The notes beneath the pieces are model-generated. The model made no database searches. It was not told the origin of the DNA and was given only the letters and a program-made list of their open reading frames with translations. From contig JBFXEV010000001.1 in assembly GCA_050179755.1 (NCBI GenBank), forward strand, positions 809,994 to 873,993: a stretch of DNA of 64,000 bases. The letters run 5' to 3'. A program made the position numbers and the translations under genes. The number at the start of each line of letters is the position of its first letter. Position 1 is the first letter of the stretch. Below are positions 46,571 to 58,700 of the stretch, piece after piece. This stretch comes from Candidatus Babeliales bacterium (lineage in GTDB: Bacteria > Babelota > Babeliae > Babelales > JBFXEV01).

Positions 46571-48623
46571 GGATATATGGTTTATCTGCTCGCTGTTTAT
46601 ATTTATACCCATGCTGCATGCGGTTTCTATTGGCTCGAATACAGCATTAAGCCAGCAAGCACTTGCCAGTTTTCCTTTTTCAGATACAGATAATCAAATG
46701 CTTGGTTTTGCAGCATTTGTAAATGGTTTTACTTTGACTGGTGGCGGCAACTGTATATTTAATTCGTTGTATCCTATTGGTGGAACGGTTACTCTCAATG
46801 GCGGTACGCTTTCATTAAGCAAGGATCTTACGTTTCAAAAAAATATAACGCTTTATAAAGGCGGTATATTTAAGGGAAATGGTAAAAAGATTACTTTTCT
46901 GGATACCGATGGTTTGCAATTGCCTGCGTCTGGTACAGATCTTTTAAGTATGGCGTACCTTACACAGTATGATACGGGTGCATCAGTTATTGCATGTGAT
47001 TGGTCGCATGATAATCACACTATTGCCATTGCCAATAGCTCTTCTGCCTATATTGATGCGTTTAATTTTGTTCCTAATGCGCTTACTGCTGGAGGAATTT
47101 CATCTGCTGCCACTACTAATTTTTTGTGTGTTGCATGGCATCCTACGCTTAACTATCTGGCAACTGGTAGAAAACAAGGCTCATCAACAAAGAATATACA
47201 ATTATGGCAGTATAATCCATCACTTGATACGTTTACCTTACTTGATCAGGAAGCTCAAAATAAAGATATTACTGCTGTTGCATGGCATCCATCAGGCAAT
47301 TATCTTGCTGTAGCCACTGCAAATGGTCAAGGGATTATCATATATTCTTTAGTGAATAATGCTTTGACTTATGTGTCTGAAGTAGATCTTACACCAAGCA
47401 GAAACATTTCTAATGCACTCAGCTGGGACAGTACAGGAACGTATTTGGTTGCAGGCACTGCATCATCGGGTGCAAATAAGAGCTATGAAGTATTAGTATA
47501 TTCGTTTAATGGTTCTGTGCTTACATTAAATACCTACCTGGATCTTAATACGTTAGTTAATGCTGTAGCGTATTGCCCTACTTCAACGTATATTGCTGTT
47601 GGCCTTAATTCTGGTTCAGATAGATTTCGTATGTATGCGCACAACCCGCAAACAGGAACACTTACTAAAGTTTCATCGATTAATTTAGGCATATCACTTG
47701 CAGTGCTTGCAGCAGATTGGAGTCCAGACGGTAAGTATATTGCATTTGGTACTGCAAAAGGTTCAATTACCGAACTCAATGTGTATGCTTTTGATGCCGA
47801 TGAAGAATCGTTAACCCTTGTTGCTTCTTTTCATATGTTAGGAGCTGTTAATACGCTTAAGTGGTCGTCAGATGGCAGCTATCTTGCTGTTGGCGATAGT
47901 GTTGATAATTTATCAGTGTTTGGACTTTCGACTGCTGTTATTTTTAATGGCGTATTTTTAGAATGTAATTCAAACGTTACCTTTAACACACAAACTATAT
48001 TTCAGGGCGTTTGCATGATTGAGGGCAATAATCATACGTTGCAGTTTGCAAATCAAGGGTCATTACAAGTTGCAAGCGGGGCGTCATTAACACTTAAGAA
48101 TCTGACGCTGAGCAATATAACTGCATCTTCGTTCTATTGTGCCGATGGTACAGCAACTATTAATTTTAATAATGTTGAACTTAATTTGACTACCAATGAT
48201 TATACTTTTTCAAATGGTGCATTTAATGTAATTAATAAATTACGCATACAAGGTTCGCATACATTTAATTATCAATCAAACCAAATAAGCACCATTAAAG
48301 CTGCAGCAACATTGTTTCTTGATGGAGTAACATTGAACTATAATCCTTCTATTAGCGCAAATAATTTGCTAGCATTTGCAGATTCTACTGCATCTTTAGT
48401 CTTGCGTTCAGCAACATTTCAAATTTCAAATAAAGGCTTACAGTTAACTAAGGGGCATATTGAGATAGATGGCAAGTGTTATATTGTAAATAGCGGCACA
48501 CAAGCGGCGCAGGGCTTGTTGCTTGGTGATGGTAATTCTGCTGCAAATAATGTACTCGTGCGTATATTGCCAGAAGCGCAGTGTGTGGTAAGTTCTGGAT
48601 ATGTTGTGGATAAGAGCGTATGA
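46557..48623 (+). CDS. Secreted protein: beta-solenoid module with an inserted WD40-like propeller (ORF track starts it at 46542)
   Basis: GGGGAG RBS before TTG 46557; shared GFA.F..GF.L N-terminus; blades VAWHPSGNYLAV, WSPDGKYIAF and WSSDGSYLAV. Confidence 0.85.
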   Translation: MVLSRDIWFICSLFIFIPMLHAVSIGSNTALSQQALASFPFSDTDNQMLGFAAFVNGFTLTGGGNCIFNSLYPIGGTVTLNGGTLSLSKDLTFQKNITLYKGGIFKGNGKKITFLDTDGLQLPASGTDLLSMAYLTQYDTGASVIACDWSHDNHTIAIANSSSAYIDAFNFVPNALTAGGISSAATTNFLCVAWHPTLNYLATGRKQGSSTKNIQLWQYNPSLDTFTLLDQEAQNKDITAVAWHPSGNYLAVATANGQGIIIYSLVNNALTYVSEVDLTPSRNISNALSWDSTGTYLVAGTASSGANKSYEVLVYSFNGSVLTLNTYLDLNTLVNAVAYCPTSTYIAVGLNSGSDRFRMYAHNPQTGTLTKVSSINLGISLAVLAADWSPDGKYIAFGTAKGSITELNVYAFDADEESLTLVASFHMLGAVNTLKWSSDGSYLAVGDSVDNLSVFGLSTAVIFNGVFLECNSNVTFNTQTIFQGVCMIEGNNHTLQFANQGSLQVASGASLTLKNLTLSNITASSFYCADGTATINFNNVELNLTTNDYTFSNGAFNVINKLRIQGSHTFNYQSNQISTIKAAATLFLDGVTLNYNPSISANNLLAFADSTASLVLRSATFQISNKGLQLTKGHIEIDGKCYIVNSGTQAAQGLLLGDGNSAANNVLVRILPEAQCVVSSGYVVDKSV

Positions 48624-49696
48624 TAATGAAGTGGATCACTCCTGTTTGGGTAGTATTTTTTTTATGTTTTTCAGCTCGTGCTGTTATTTATGGTTCATTA
48701 ACAGCAGTGTCCCGTCAAGCGCTCATTACCTTACCTGCAAATGATGCAACAAATGAATTGCGTGGATTTGGTGCTTTTGAAAACGGTTTTACGCTAACGA
48801 ATGCTTCAACAGCCTGTTTATTTACTTCATTATTTCCTGTCTCGGGGCCCATTAGTTTAAATGGTGGTACGCTTACCTTAAATCAAAGTATGGTACTTGA
48901 TTCAGATGCTGATATAAAATCGGCAGGAATTATTGTAGGTAATAATTATAAGTTAGTGCTACCGGCTAAAATGAGTTCGTATACTCTACCTTCTACCACG
49001 CTTACTTGGGGCTTAACATTACATAGCGTAAAGTTATGTTTGCAATCAGATCTCGTGTTTAATGTACCGGTTATTTTTCAAGGCACGTGCGAAATTCAAG
49101 GAAATGGTTATTCGTTAACGCTTGCGCATGCAACAGGCATTAGTATTGCTAGCGGCGCATCTTTATTAATGAAAGACGTAATTGTTAAAAATGTTTCAGG
49201 CACTAAAATTGGCTTTGCAGCAACAAGTTCATTCTTAAAGATACAAGATGTGGTATGGTGCTTGAATGGTAATACCACGCTATCTACTGGCTACTTTAAT
49301 CTTATTGGTAATTGGTATATCAATGGTCCGTATTCGCTTTCCTATACCAGTGCGCAGACAAGCACAATCCTTTCTAATGGGCAGTTATGTATGGGCTTTG
49401 GCTCTACATTAAATTATGCTCCATCGGTGAGCGTGCAAAATTTACTACTATTTTCAGATGCTACTGCTAAGTTGCTTTTACATGGTGCAACGTTATCAGC
49501 TTCAACGGTTGGTATGCAGCTTACGCGTGGTTCATTAATTTGTGATGGTAAATCGTATATTACAAGTTCTGGAACTACTGCAGCGACAGGCATTAGTCTA
49601 GGTGGTGCAAGTTCTGGTGATGATGTGACCATTGAAATTTTGCCGGGCGCAAGCGTTGAGGTTGCAGGTTTTGTGGGGTATAAAAATTTTAATTAA
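48620..49696 (+). CDS. Secreted single-module beta-solenoid protein
   Basis: Start overlaps the upstream stop (ATGA); GFGAFENGFTL...FPVSGPISLNGGTL; MQLTRG...GISLG. Confidence 0.85.
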   Translation: MIMKWITPVWVVFFLCFSARAVIYGSLTAVSRQALITLPANDATNELRGFGAFENGFTLTNASTACLFTSLFPVSGPISLNGGTLTLNQSMVLDSDADIKSAGIIVGNNYKLVLPAKMSSYTLPSTTLTWGLTLHSVKLCLQSDLVFNVPVIFQGTCEIQGNGYSLTLAHATGISIASGASLLMKDVIVKNVSGTKIGFAATSSFLKIQDVVWCLNGNTTLSTGYFNLIGNWYINGPYSLSYTSAQTSTILSNGQLCMGFGSTLNYAPSVSVQNLLLFSDATAKLLLHGATLSASTVGMQLTRGSLICDGKSYITSSGTTAATGISLGGASSGDDVTIEILPGASVEVAGFVGYKNFN

Positions 49697-49739
49697 TTGA
49701 TATATTAAAAAAGTATAATAATCTTACCTTGAGAGTGGT

Positions 49740-52700
49740 ATGAATAAAAAAAGAGCTTGGAGCATACAGCATATCTTTGGCAGCTTTGCCGTCAATTTAC
49801 TCGTAAGTACTGTTATCTATGCGGCATCCTTTAACTGTGATAGTCCTAACTCCGCTTTAGTGCTTACTCCTGGTGCCACATTCAATATTGTAAATCCTAT
49901 TACTAATTTTAATGGTACGTTAACTATGCCAACCGAATCAACCGTTTCTGGCAGTACTATTACGTTTGCAGGCGGTTATTTACAAGGTACAGGAAATCGT
50001 GCATCGATTACCGGTCTGTATACACCAAGCACTAATCAATTGTCTATGACGGGTAATCATACGTTTAATGCAACGCCAGGCCTTTCGTGGGAACAACTTG
50101 CCGTAAGTGGTACAGGCAACTTGCTTGAAGGTCAACCCACATTTGTAAGCGATATCGTTCTTGCAAATGCAAGCACTGCACTTACTATTGCAATTCAAAA
50201 TACACTAAATGTTAATATAGCGCTTGCAGGTGGTGCGGTAACGCTTGGTAGTGATTTGCGTTTTGCAGATGGCAAAGGTTTTACGGGTAATGGTACAGTT
50301 AATTTAACAAACAATGGTTTAACATTTGGCGGTACGCCACTTGTATGGTCAAATAATATTACGTGGAATAATGCTGGTAACCTGCGTTTACATGGTAAAG
50401 TAAAAGTAACAGGAACTCATACGTTTTCTGGAGTGAGCGCGCTGAATGGAAATGGTAATATTCTTGATCTTTCGGGAGGTGGCTCACTTATTGTGCCGGC
50501 ATCATCAACACTCTATCTTTCTGATCTAGTAATCAAAGGTTTGGGTACAGGTGGTGGCACCATTTTGCTTGCGGCGCCTACTTCACAACTTCGTCTTTCT
50601 CATGTAACGCTTGAGCTCGTAGGGAACTTAACTACATCTCAAGGTTCTATATATATTGAGGGTCCGTCAACAGTTGTTGTTAATAATTTTACGTGGACGG
50701 TGAATTCATCTGGGTTATTGATAGTAGATGGTGTAACTCTTTGGACAGATTCTGTTGGCGCATCATCACCGGGAACGATTACCTTTGGCAGTCCACTTTC
50801 AACATATCTATCGCTTGTTGCAACCGGGACTATTAAGAATGCAGGTTCTGGCTCGGTAACTACTGCGGCTTTTAATGCTTTGAATGCTCGTTTAACAACA
50901 GATGAAACAAATATTACTACACTTCAAGGTCAAATGACTGCCGTAAATAGTAATGTGGCGTTAGTGCAAGGTCAAATGAGTACGGCTAATTCAAATATTA
51001 CTGCTGCTCAAAGTAATATTACAACGCTTCAAGGGCAAATGACCACCGCTACTACTAATATTACTGGAGCACAGGGTAGTATCACAGCACTGCAAAATCG
51101 TGCGGCTGTCGATGAAAGTGCGATTAGTACGTTACAGACAAATATGACAGCTGCACAAAATACTATTGCTTCTGCTCAGTCTAATATCACTGCTTTGACT
51201 ACGCGCATGACTACTGTAGAAGGTAATATAAGTACCGCACAAGATAATATTGCGTCATTGCAAACTAACGTGACGAGTGCACAAGCATCTATTGGCACGT
51301 TGCAAACAAACGCAGCAAATGATGAAAGAAATATTACGGCATTGCAAACAAGCGTTGCCGGAGCGCAAACGTCTCTAACAGGTTTAGGCACGCGTATGAC
51401 AGCTGCCGAAACAAATATTACAGGTGCTCAAGGTTCTATTGGCACATTGCAGACAAATATGAGTGCTGCACAGGGAAATATTACAGCCTTGCAAACTCGT
51501 GTAACTGCAGACGAGAATACGCTTGCCACGGTGCAATCAAATATAACGGCAGCGCAAACAAGTATCACCGGTCTTGGCTCTCGTATGACAACGGCAGAAA
51601 ATAATATTACTGCGTTGCAGTCACGAGTAACAGCTGATGAAACTTCTCTTAGTGGATTGCAAACAAGCGTTACAGCAGCTCAAAATGCCATCGCTACGAA
51701 TCAATCCAGTATTACCGCATTAACCACACGAGTTACTAGTGCAGAAAGTACTATTCATACAGCCCAATCAAATATTACAACATTACAATCAGGCATGACT
51801 AGTGCACAAAACTCGATTGGTACCTTACAAACCAAGCTAACAGCAGATGAAGCCAATATTGCTTCTTTGCAAACAAATGTTGCTGCCGTTCAAACAAGTA
51901 TTACAGGATTAGGCACTCGCGTGAATGCTGCCGAAAGTACTATCACTTCAGCACAAAGTTCACTTACTGCGTTGCAAACAAGTCTTGCATCCTCTCAGGA
52001 TGCCATAACTACATTGCAAACCAATGCAACGGCTGATGAGCAGAATATCGCAACGTTGCAAACTAACATGACGGCAGCACAAAATGATATTACTGCTCTT
52101 GGCACCCGCATGACGAGTGGTGAAAATAATATTACAAGTTTGCAAGGTTCTGTTGCCACATTACAGACAAATGTAACTAATGATGAAAGAAATATTGCCA
52201 CATTACAAACAAACATGGCAAATGCGCAAGGCACTATTACCGGGCTTACCACGCGCATGACAACAGCTGAAGGGGCGATTGTTAATTTGCAAACAAATGC
52301 AGCTTCAGATGAACGTAACATTAGCACACTACAAACAAATGTGACGGGTGCTCAAAATGCTATTACTAGTTTGCAAGGATTAGTTTCTACGTTACAGGCA
52401 AATGTAGCATCCGATGAAAGATCTATTGCAGCATTACAAACAAACATGGGGGGTGCGCAAAGCGCCATTACTACACTGCAGCGCAATGCGCTTATTAATG
52501 AAGGAAACATTCTAACATTACAAACAAATCTATTTTCAGCTCAAAATAATATTAATGTTCTCTTGCCGCGTATGACGAGCGCTGAAAATAATCTAATAAA
52601 TTTACAATTAAATATAGCAACTGCTCAAGAATCGTTGAATCTTTTACTTAGTGAATACCATAAGGTAGTGCATGTAAACGGTCATATGGTGTTTGATCAT

Positions 52701-55700
52701 GCACGAATGCTCAGAGAACATGGCGCACTCATATTTGAATTTTGTCCTGGTCGCCTAGATGATTTACCGACAATTACCTTTGTAAAAAATACACAGCTTG
52801 AAATGCCAAGGAATGCGCACCTCGTGTTTAAGGGACATGGCACCGTGATTTTAAAAGATGGTGTTCAGCTTACCTTGAACAGTGAAGTTGCAAAAAATAA
52901 ACCAACGTTAGTGTTTGATGATAATGCTACGTTGCGTGTTGCAAAAAATGGGCAAGCTGCAATAGCGGGCCGTGGTACCATTTGCTTGCAAAATGGCGGT
53001 TCATTTGAATTGACAAAGAAATCTCAATTAGTGCTTGGCACAAGCTCACGTGATGTGATTCACGTGGAAATGAAACAATTTGGTGCATTATCATTGCAGC
53101 ACCGTGATGCAGAAATTGCTTTTGCACATGGCCAGTTTGATATTCTTGCTGATTTGTGTGGTGTAATAAATATTGCGCGAGGTCGGTTATGCTTGAATGC
53201 GCGGCATCAAACTGAAGCGCCAGGGCGTATTAAACATTTTGCGTTGCGAGGTAATTCACTATTGCATATTGATCAAGGTCAGTTGGTGTTGGGTGATAAC
53301 AGTGATAATAGTAAAACATTTATTGATTGTACTTCAGGCCTGATTCAGGGTCATGGCAGAATGCGTTATCTCTCGAGCAATGCTCTTATAGACATTCAAA
53401 ATAATCCATTTATAGGCAGTTATGATATCATAACAATCTTTATGAAGCTTGGGTATATTGTGCCAGATGAAAAATCGCAGCCTTCTATTCTTGTGCATTC
53501 ATTTGATAAACTGGCAGCATTTTTGCCAGTGCGCGATGGTAGCATTGTGCGTCTTGAGCCAGGCGATCACGCAATTACTTATAGAGATGATGGTATTTTT
53601 GGATATGATCGCGATAAACGCTTATTTAGTATTAATCGTGATGGTACAAGAAATCGTATTGGCGATCTTGAACCGCTTGGCTGTTGCGATTTAATTACGC
53701 AAGCAGAATCTAACATTGCCAATTTAGAAGCGTTAACAAACCAATTATCAGGGCGTGTGGTTTCAGCTGAAAGTGGTATTTCTGTTTTGCAAACACGCGC
53801 AACTAACGATGAAGCAGCAATAACCCAGTTGCAGGTAAATGCGCAAGCAGCGCAGACAAATATTACGGGATTACAAAGCAGTATCTCCACTGTTCAACTT
53901 GGTCTTGCATCCGCGCAAAGCTCAATTGCTTCGTTGCAAACAAATGCGACAGTAGATGAAAGCCATATTACAACTTTACAAGCTAATATGGCGATAGCAC
54001 AAAATAATGTTGCGGGACTTACTACGCGCATGACTCTGGCTGAGGGTGGGTTGGGTTCAGCGCAAAGTGCTATCAGCGCATTGCAATCGCGAGCCACAAC
54101 GCACGAGAGTTTGTTGAGTGCGTTGCAATCTAATATGACTAACGCCCAAACAAATATCACGAGCCTAGGTTCTCGTATGGCCACTGCGGAAGGTGCGATT
54201 TCTTTACTGCAAAACAATATGAGTGGTTTGCAATTAAATGTTACAGGATGTCAAACAAATATTGCTGCGCTTGCTGCCAGAGCATTAATCGATGAAAGTA
54301 ATATTAGTGCGTTGCACGATGGATTTGCAACAACACAAACAGCTGTTAGTGGTCTTGGCATACGCATGGCAAGTACAGAAGGGGCTGTGACTATTTTGCA
54401 AAATAATGTGAGTACGTTGCAAGCTGATGTTATTGCCACGCAAAGCGTATGTACCGCACTTCAAACGAGTGCTCTTGCTGATGAGCATGCTATTTGGGCA
54501 TTACAAAGTAATATGACTATGGCACAAAGTAGTATTAACGTTCTTGATGCGCGTGTTACTAGTGTTGAAGAGGATTTGCAAGTTGCACAAGGGGCACTTG
54601 GTAGCCTGCAAACAAACCTTGCTCATGATGAAAGTGTTTTGTCGATTTTACAAGACAATGTTGCAGGCACACAAAGTGGCATTAGCTTACTTCAAACACG
54701 CATGGGAGTAGCAGAAAACACTTTGACGATTGCACAAGCACATATTGCCGCGTTATTGAGTAATATGCTTTCTGCCCAAGGTGCCATTAGCACGTTACAA
54801 ACAAATGCTTTAGCTGATGAGCATGCAATTGCTGTATTGCAAAATAATATCAGCAGCGCACAAACAACTATTGGCAGTTTATCAACACGGATGAATCAGG
54901 CAGAGGGAGCACTTACGGTAGCGCAAGGCAGTATTATTCATTTACAAACAACAATGACCACGGTGCAAAACTTGGTCGATACGCTTGACCTTGCACGAGA
55001 ATTAAATGAGCAAGTTATTAGAGCATTACAAACAGATGCTGTAACTAAAACAACACAGATTCAGGGATTAGAATCGCAAATTGATTCTTGTCAGTCTAAC
55101 ATTCAAGCTACTCAAACAGCTTTGAGTGCTTTGCAGCAACGAGTGACTATCGATGAAAGCAATTTAGTAAGCATAGAGTCTGGTTTGCAAAGTACCGTTA
55201 ATGCTCTTTCCGATATTACTGATCGTGTGACGATGGCAGAAGTTGATATTCAAATTACGGTAACAACGCTTGCTGCGTTGCAAACAACTATGACCATTGT
55301 TGAACATGATTTAAGTGCTGCGCACGCAAATATACTTGCATTGAACGGCCGCATGGCCAGCGCCGAGCATGAAATTGATATGTTGCAATCGGCGACGCAT
55401 CTCTTGGATACTCGATTAATTGTTGCAACACAATCCATAGATCTTATAAATGAGAGAATGGGCATAGCAGAGCAAGATATTGTGTTACTTGCAACGGCAA
55501 CGGCAGAAATTGCAAATCGCGTAATGGTTTTAGAAAATACTACCATTGCCTTTAATCAAGAACTTGATCAGTTAGTGACAGGTTCACAGTTGCAGCAAAA
55601 TTTATTGTCAATTAACTATCGGTTATATAACGCGGAAGCACACATAACCACCGCTCAAATTGATATTGCTGATGTAAAAAATCGTGTTGATAATGCTGAA

Positions 55701-58700
55701 ATGTTGCTTTCTCTTTTTGATACTACAACGCTTGCTTTTGCTAATCGCATGCTGCAGATTGAATCTGTGGATTTTGATTTCCAAAATCAGATTGATGCAC
55801 TCAACACAAGTACTTTGGTGCTTCAACAAGAAATTAATGAACTTATTCAACGTAACCAGGCAGCGGATGGTTTGCTTGAAACATATAGTCTTCAATTTGT
55901 GCAAGATGCTCTACGCCTTGCAATGCTCGAAACTGCAACGCAGTATCTAGAGGCGAGTTTAGATGTGGGGCAAAGTGATATGCAAGCCATTGTACAACGA
56001 GTTTCTGTTCTTGAATCAACTGATAATGAGCTTGTTCAAGCAGTAGATTTACTTAATGCAAGTACATACATCTTGCAGCAAGAGTTAGATGTATTGAGCG
56101 GGCAGATGATTAACGCACAAAATGGCCTTGGAGCGTTGCAAACACAGCTTAATGCTGATGAGAATGCCATTGGTGTATTGCAAACGACTCTTTCTCATGC
56201 ACAAAGTACTGTTATGGGCCTTGCTAATCGAATAAGCAGCGCTGAAACTCATATTGCGATCGATGAGCAACGCATGCTTGCTATGCAAGTTAACATGGCT
56301 GATGCACAAACTACTATTCTAACACTTACCAGTCAAATGGCAGGAGCGCAAGAAGCAATTATTGCAGCACAAGCGCACTTGTTTAGTCATGATATTGCGT
56401 TAAATCTAGTGCAAAGTGCACTGGTTGATACACAAACTGCATTGAATGTACTTCACATGCAAAATGCTCTAGATGAGCAAGCTATCGCTGCATTGCAAGT
56501 TGACATGCTTGCTACGCAAACGCATATTACGGATCTTACTATGCGTAGTGATCTTACAGAAAGTGCGTTAGCACAACAGCATGAAGCGTTAGCTGCAGTG
56601 CAACAACAGGCGTTGATTGACGAACATGCTCTTGCTGTAGTGCAATCGACTTTGAGTACTGCACAAACGGCTATTGACGTGTTATCAGGGCGCACGAGCA
56701 ACACAGAAAGTGCATTGGTTGGTGTGCAGGGTGCTTTGAGCATTGTGCAAACCAACATGCAAGTTGCGCAAAGCACTATAAGTACTTTACAAGCCAATGC
56801 ATTAACTGATGAAGCAAGTATTGTTCAATTACAAACGAATATGATCGATACGCAATTAGCTATTGCAGGTCTTGATACGCGTGTGGGCAATGCACAAGAT
56901 GATGTTACTAGTATTCAATCAGATGTGCTGGTATTACAAGTAACTATGACCAGTGTACAACATGATATTGCGCAACTGCATAATGAAAATGCTCTAGAAC
57001 AGAATATGCTTGGAACATTGCAAATGCAATTGCTTGAAAGTCAAACGCATATTATAGAGCTCACAACAGATATGCTTCAAGCAGACTTTGCCATTGGTTT
57101 GTTGCAAATGCAAAGAGCAGATGATGAGCTAGCAATAGCTGCATTGCAATCAGGTTTAGTGGCAGCACAACAGACTGAAGAGCTTTTAGATAATCGTTTA
57201 GTGCGTGCACAAAATGCTCTTGATATGTTAGATTCGGCAACGCAGGCATTAAGTTCTCGTGTAGATTCATTAGAATTAGTTGATAGAGAACACAACGAAT
57301 TATTTGAATTGGTGAGTGCAAGCACGGGTAGTTTACGTGAATTTGTTCAAGTGCTCGACCAGCAACTGAGCAGTGCGCAGGCACATATTATGCAGCTAGA
57401 AACGAGTACGCAAGCATTAGCTGCACGTGTTGGTGACATTGAAATTATCGATACTCATATGCAGCAGCAGATTGCAATGCTTATTACAAGCACGCAAGCG
57501 TTGCAACAAGAAATTACTGGATTAATGAGTGATGTATTACACCTTCAAGACAATGTAATGACATTGAGTCAGCAAACGGGAATGGCGCAGCAAGATATTA
57601 TGACGTTGCAATCTTGTTGTACGGAACATGATGCGCGTCTTATTGCGTTGGAACAAGCAGGCATTAGTTTTAATGAGGAATTGGATATGCTTGTTTCCAA
57701 CACTGAGTTTCAACAGAATTTGCGATCACTTAATTATAGGCTACAACTTGCAGAAACAAATCTGAGCGGGGCGCAAACAGACATTGAATTGCTTGATGGT
57801 CGTATGCTTATTGCGCAAGATGTACTTTCAAATTTGGTAACAGCAAGTGCTGTATTTGATACTCGTTTACTTACGTTAGAATCTGCTGATCGAAGTTTCC
57901 AAGATCAGGTTGATTTGCTCTATGCACACACAGGAGCATTACAAGTTTTAGTTGACGGCCTGAGTCAAAGAGTTGATAGTGCAGAGTCTGCAGTGCATAT
58001 GTTAGATACGGCAACCCAAGCACTTGATAGTCGTATTGCTACTATTGAAATTACAGATGCACATGTGCAAACTCAGCTTGATGCATTGCATACAAGTACG
58101 GTGCACGCACAAGTGCAATTTAATGATCTTGGCATGCATATGAATCAGGCACAAACAATGTTAACCGCACATGGCAATCGTTTAGATATGTATAGTGATA
58201 CGCTTGATCTGTTAAGTACGGCAACACACAGCCTAGATATGCGCTCGCTTACTGCACAAACAAATCTTGATGCCTTAGTTGTTCGTCTGACTGCAGATGA
58301 AACAATTGCTGCGCAATTATCACATGACGTTGAATTGCTTTCATCAAGTACTTCGTTCTTGCAAACAACATTAAATGAATTAGCGTTGCGCACAACAAGT
58401 TGTGAGATGACGCTTTCTCAATTAGCAGATGCGCAAAATCAAGATGAGGTTGCCATCGCCATATTGCAAACTGGTATGAGCGCTGCACAGGATACACTTA
58501 CAGGCCTTTCAGGTAGAACGGCACAAACAGAATTTGCACTTACTGATGCACAAGCAAGTATCGAAACGCTTGAAACGAGTGTTATTACCGCGCAGGGTGG
58601 TATTGCAATTTTGCAAAATCAAATGACGCTTGCACAATCTAATATTGCGAACTTGCAATTTAATGCGCACATTGATGAAAATATGCTGAGTGTATTGACT

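Noticed and set aside
41609..49696. Chlamydial Pmp or classical autotransporters
   Set aside because: No regular GGA(I/L/V)+FxxN repeats and no recognisable C-terminal barrel.
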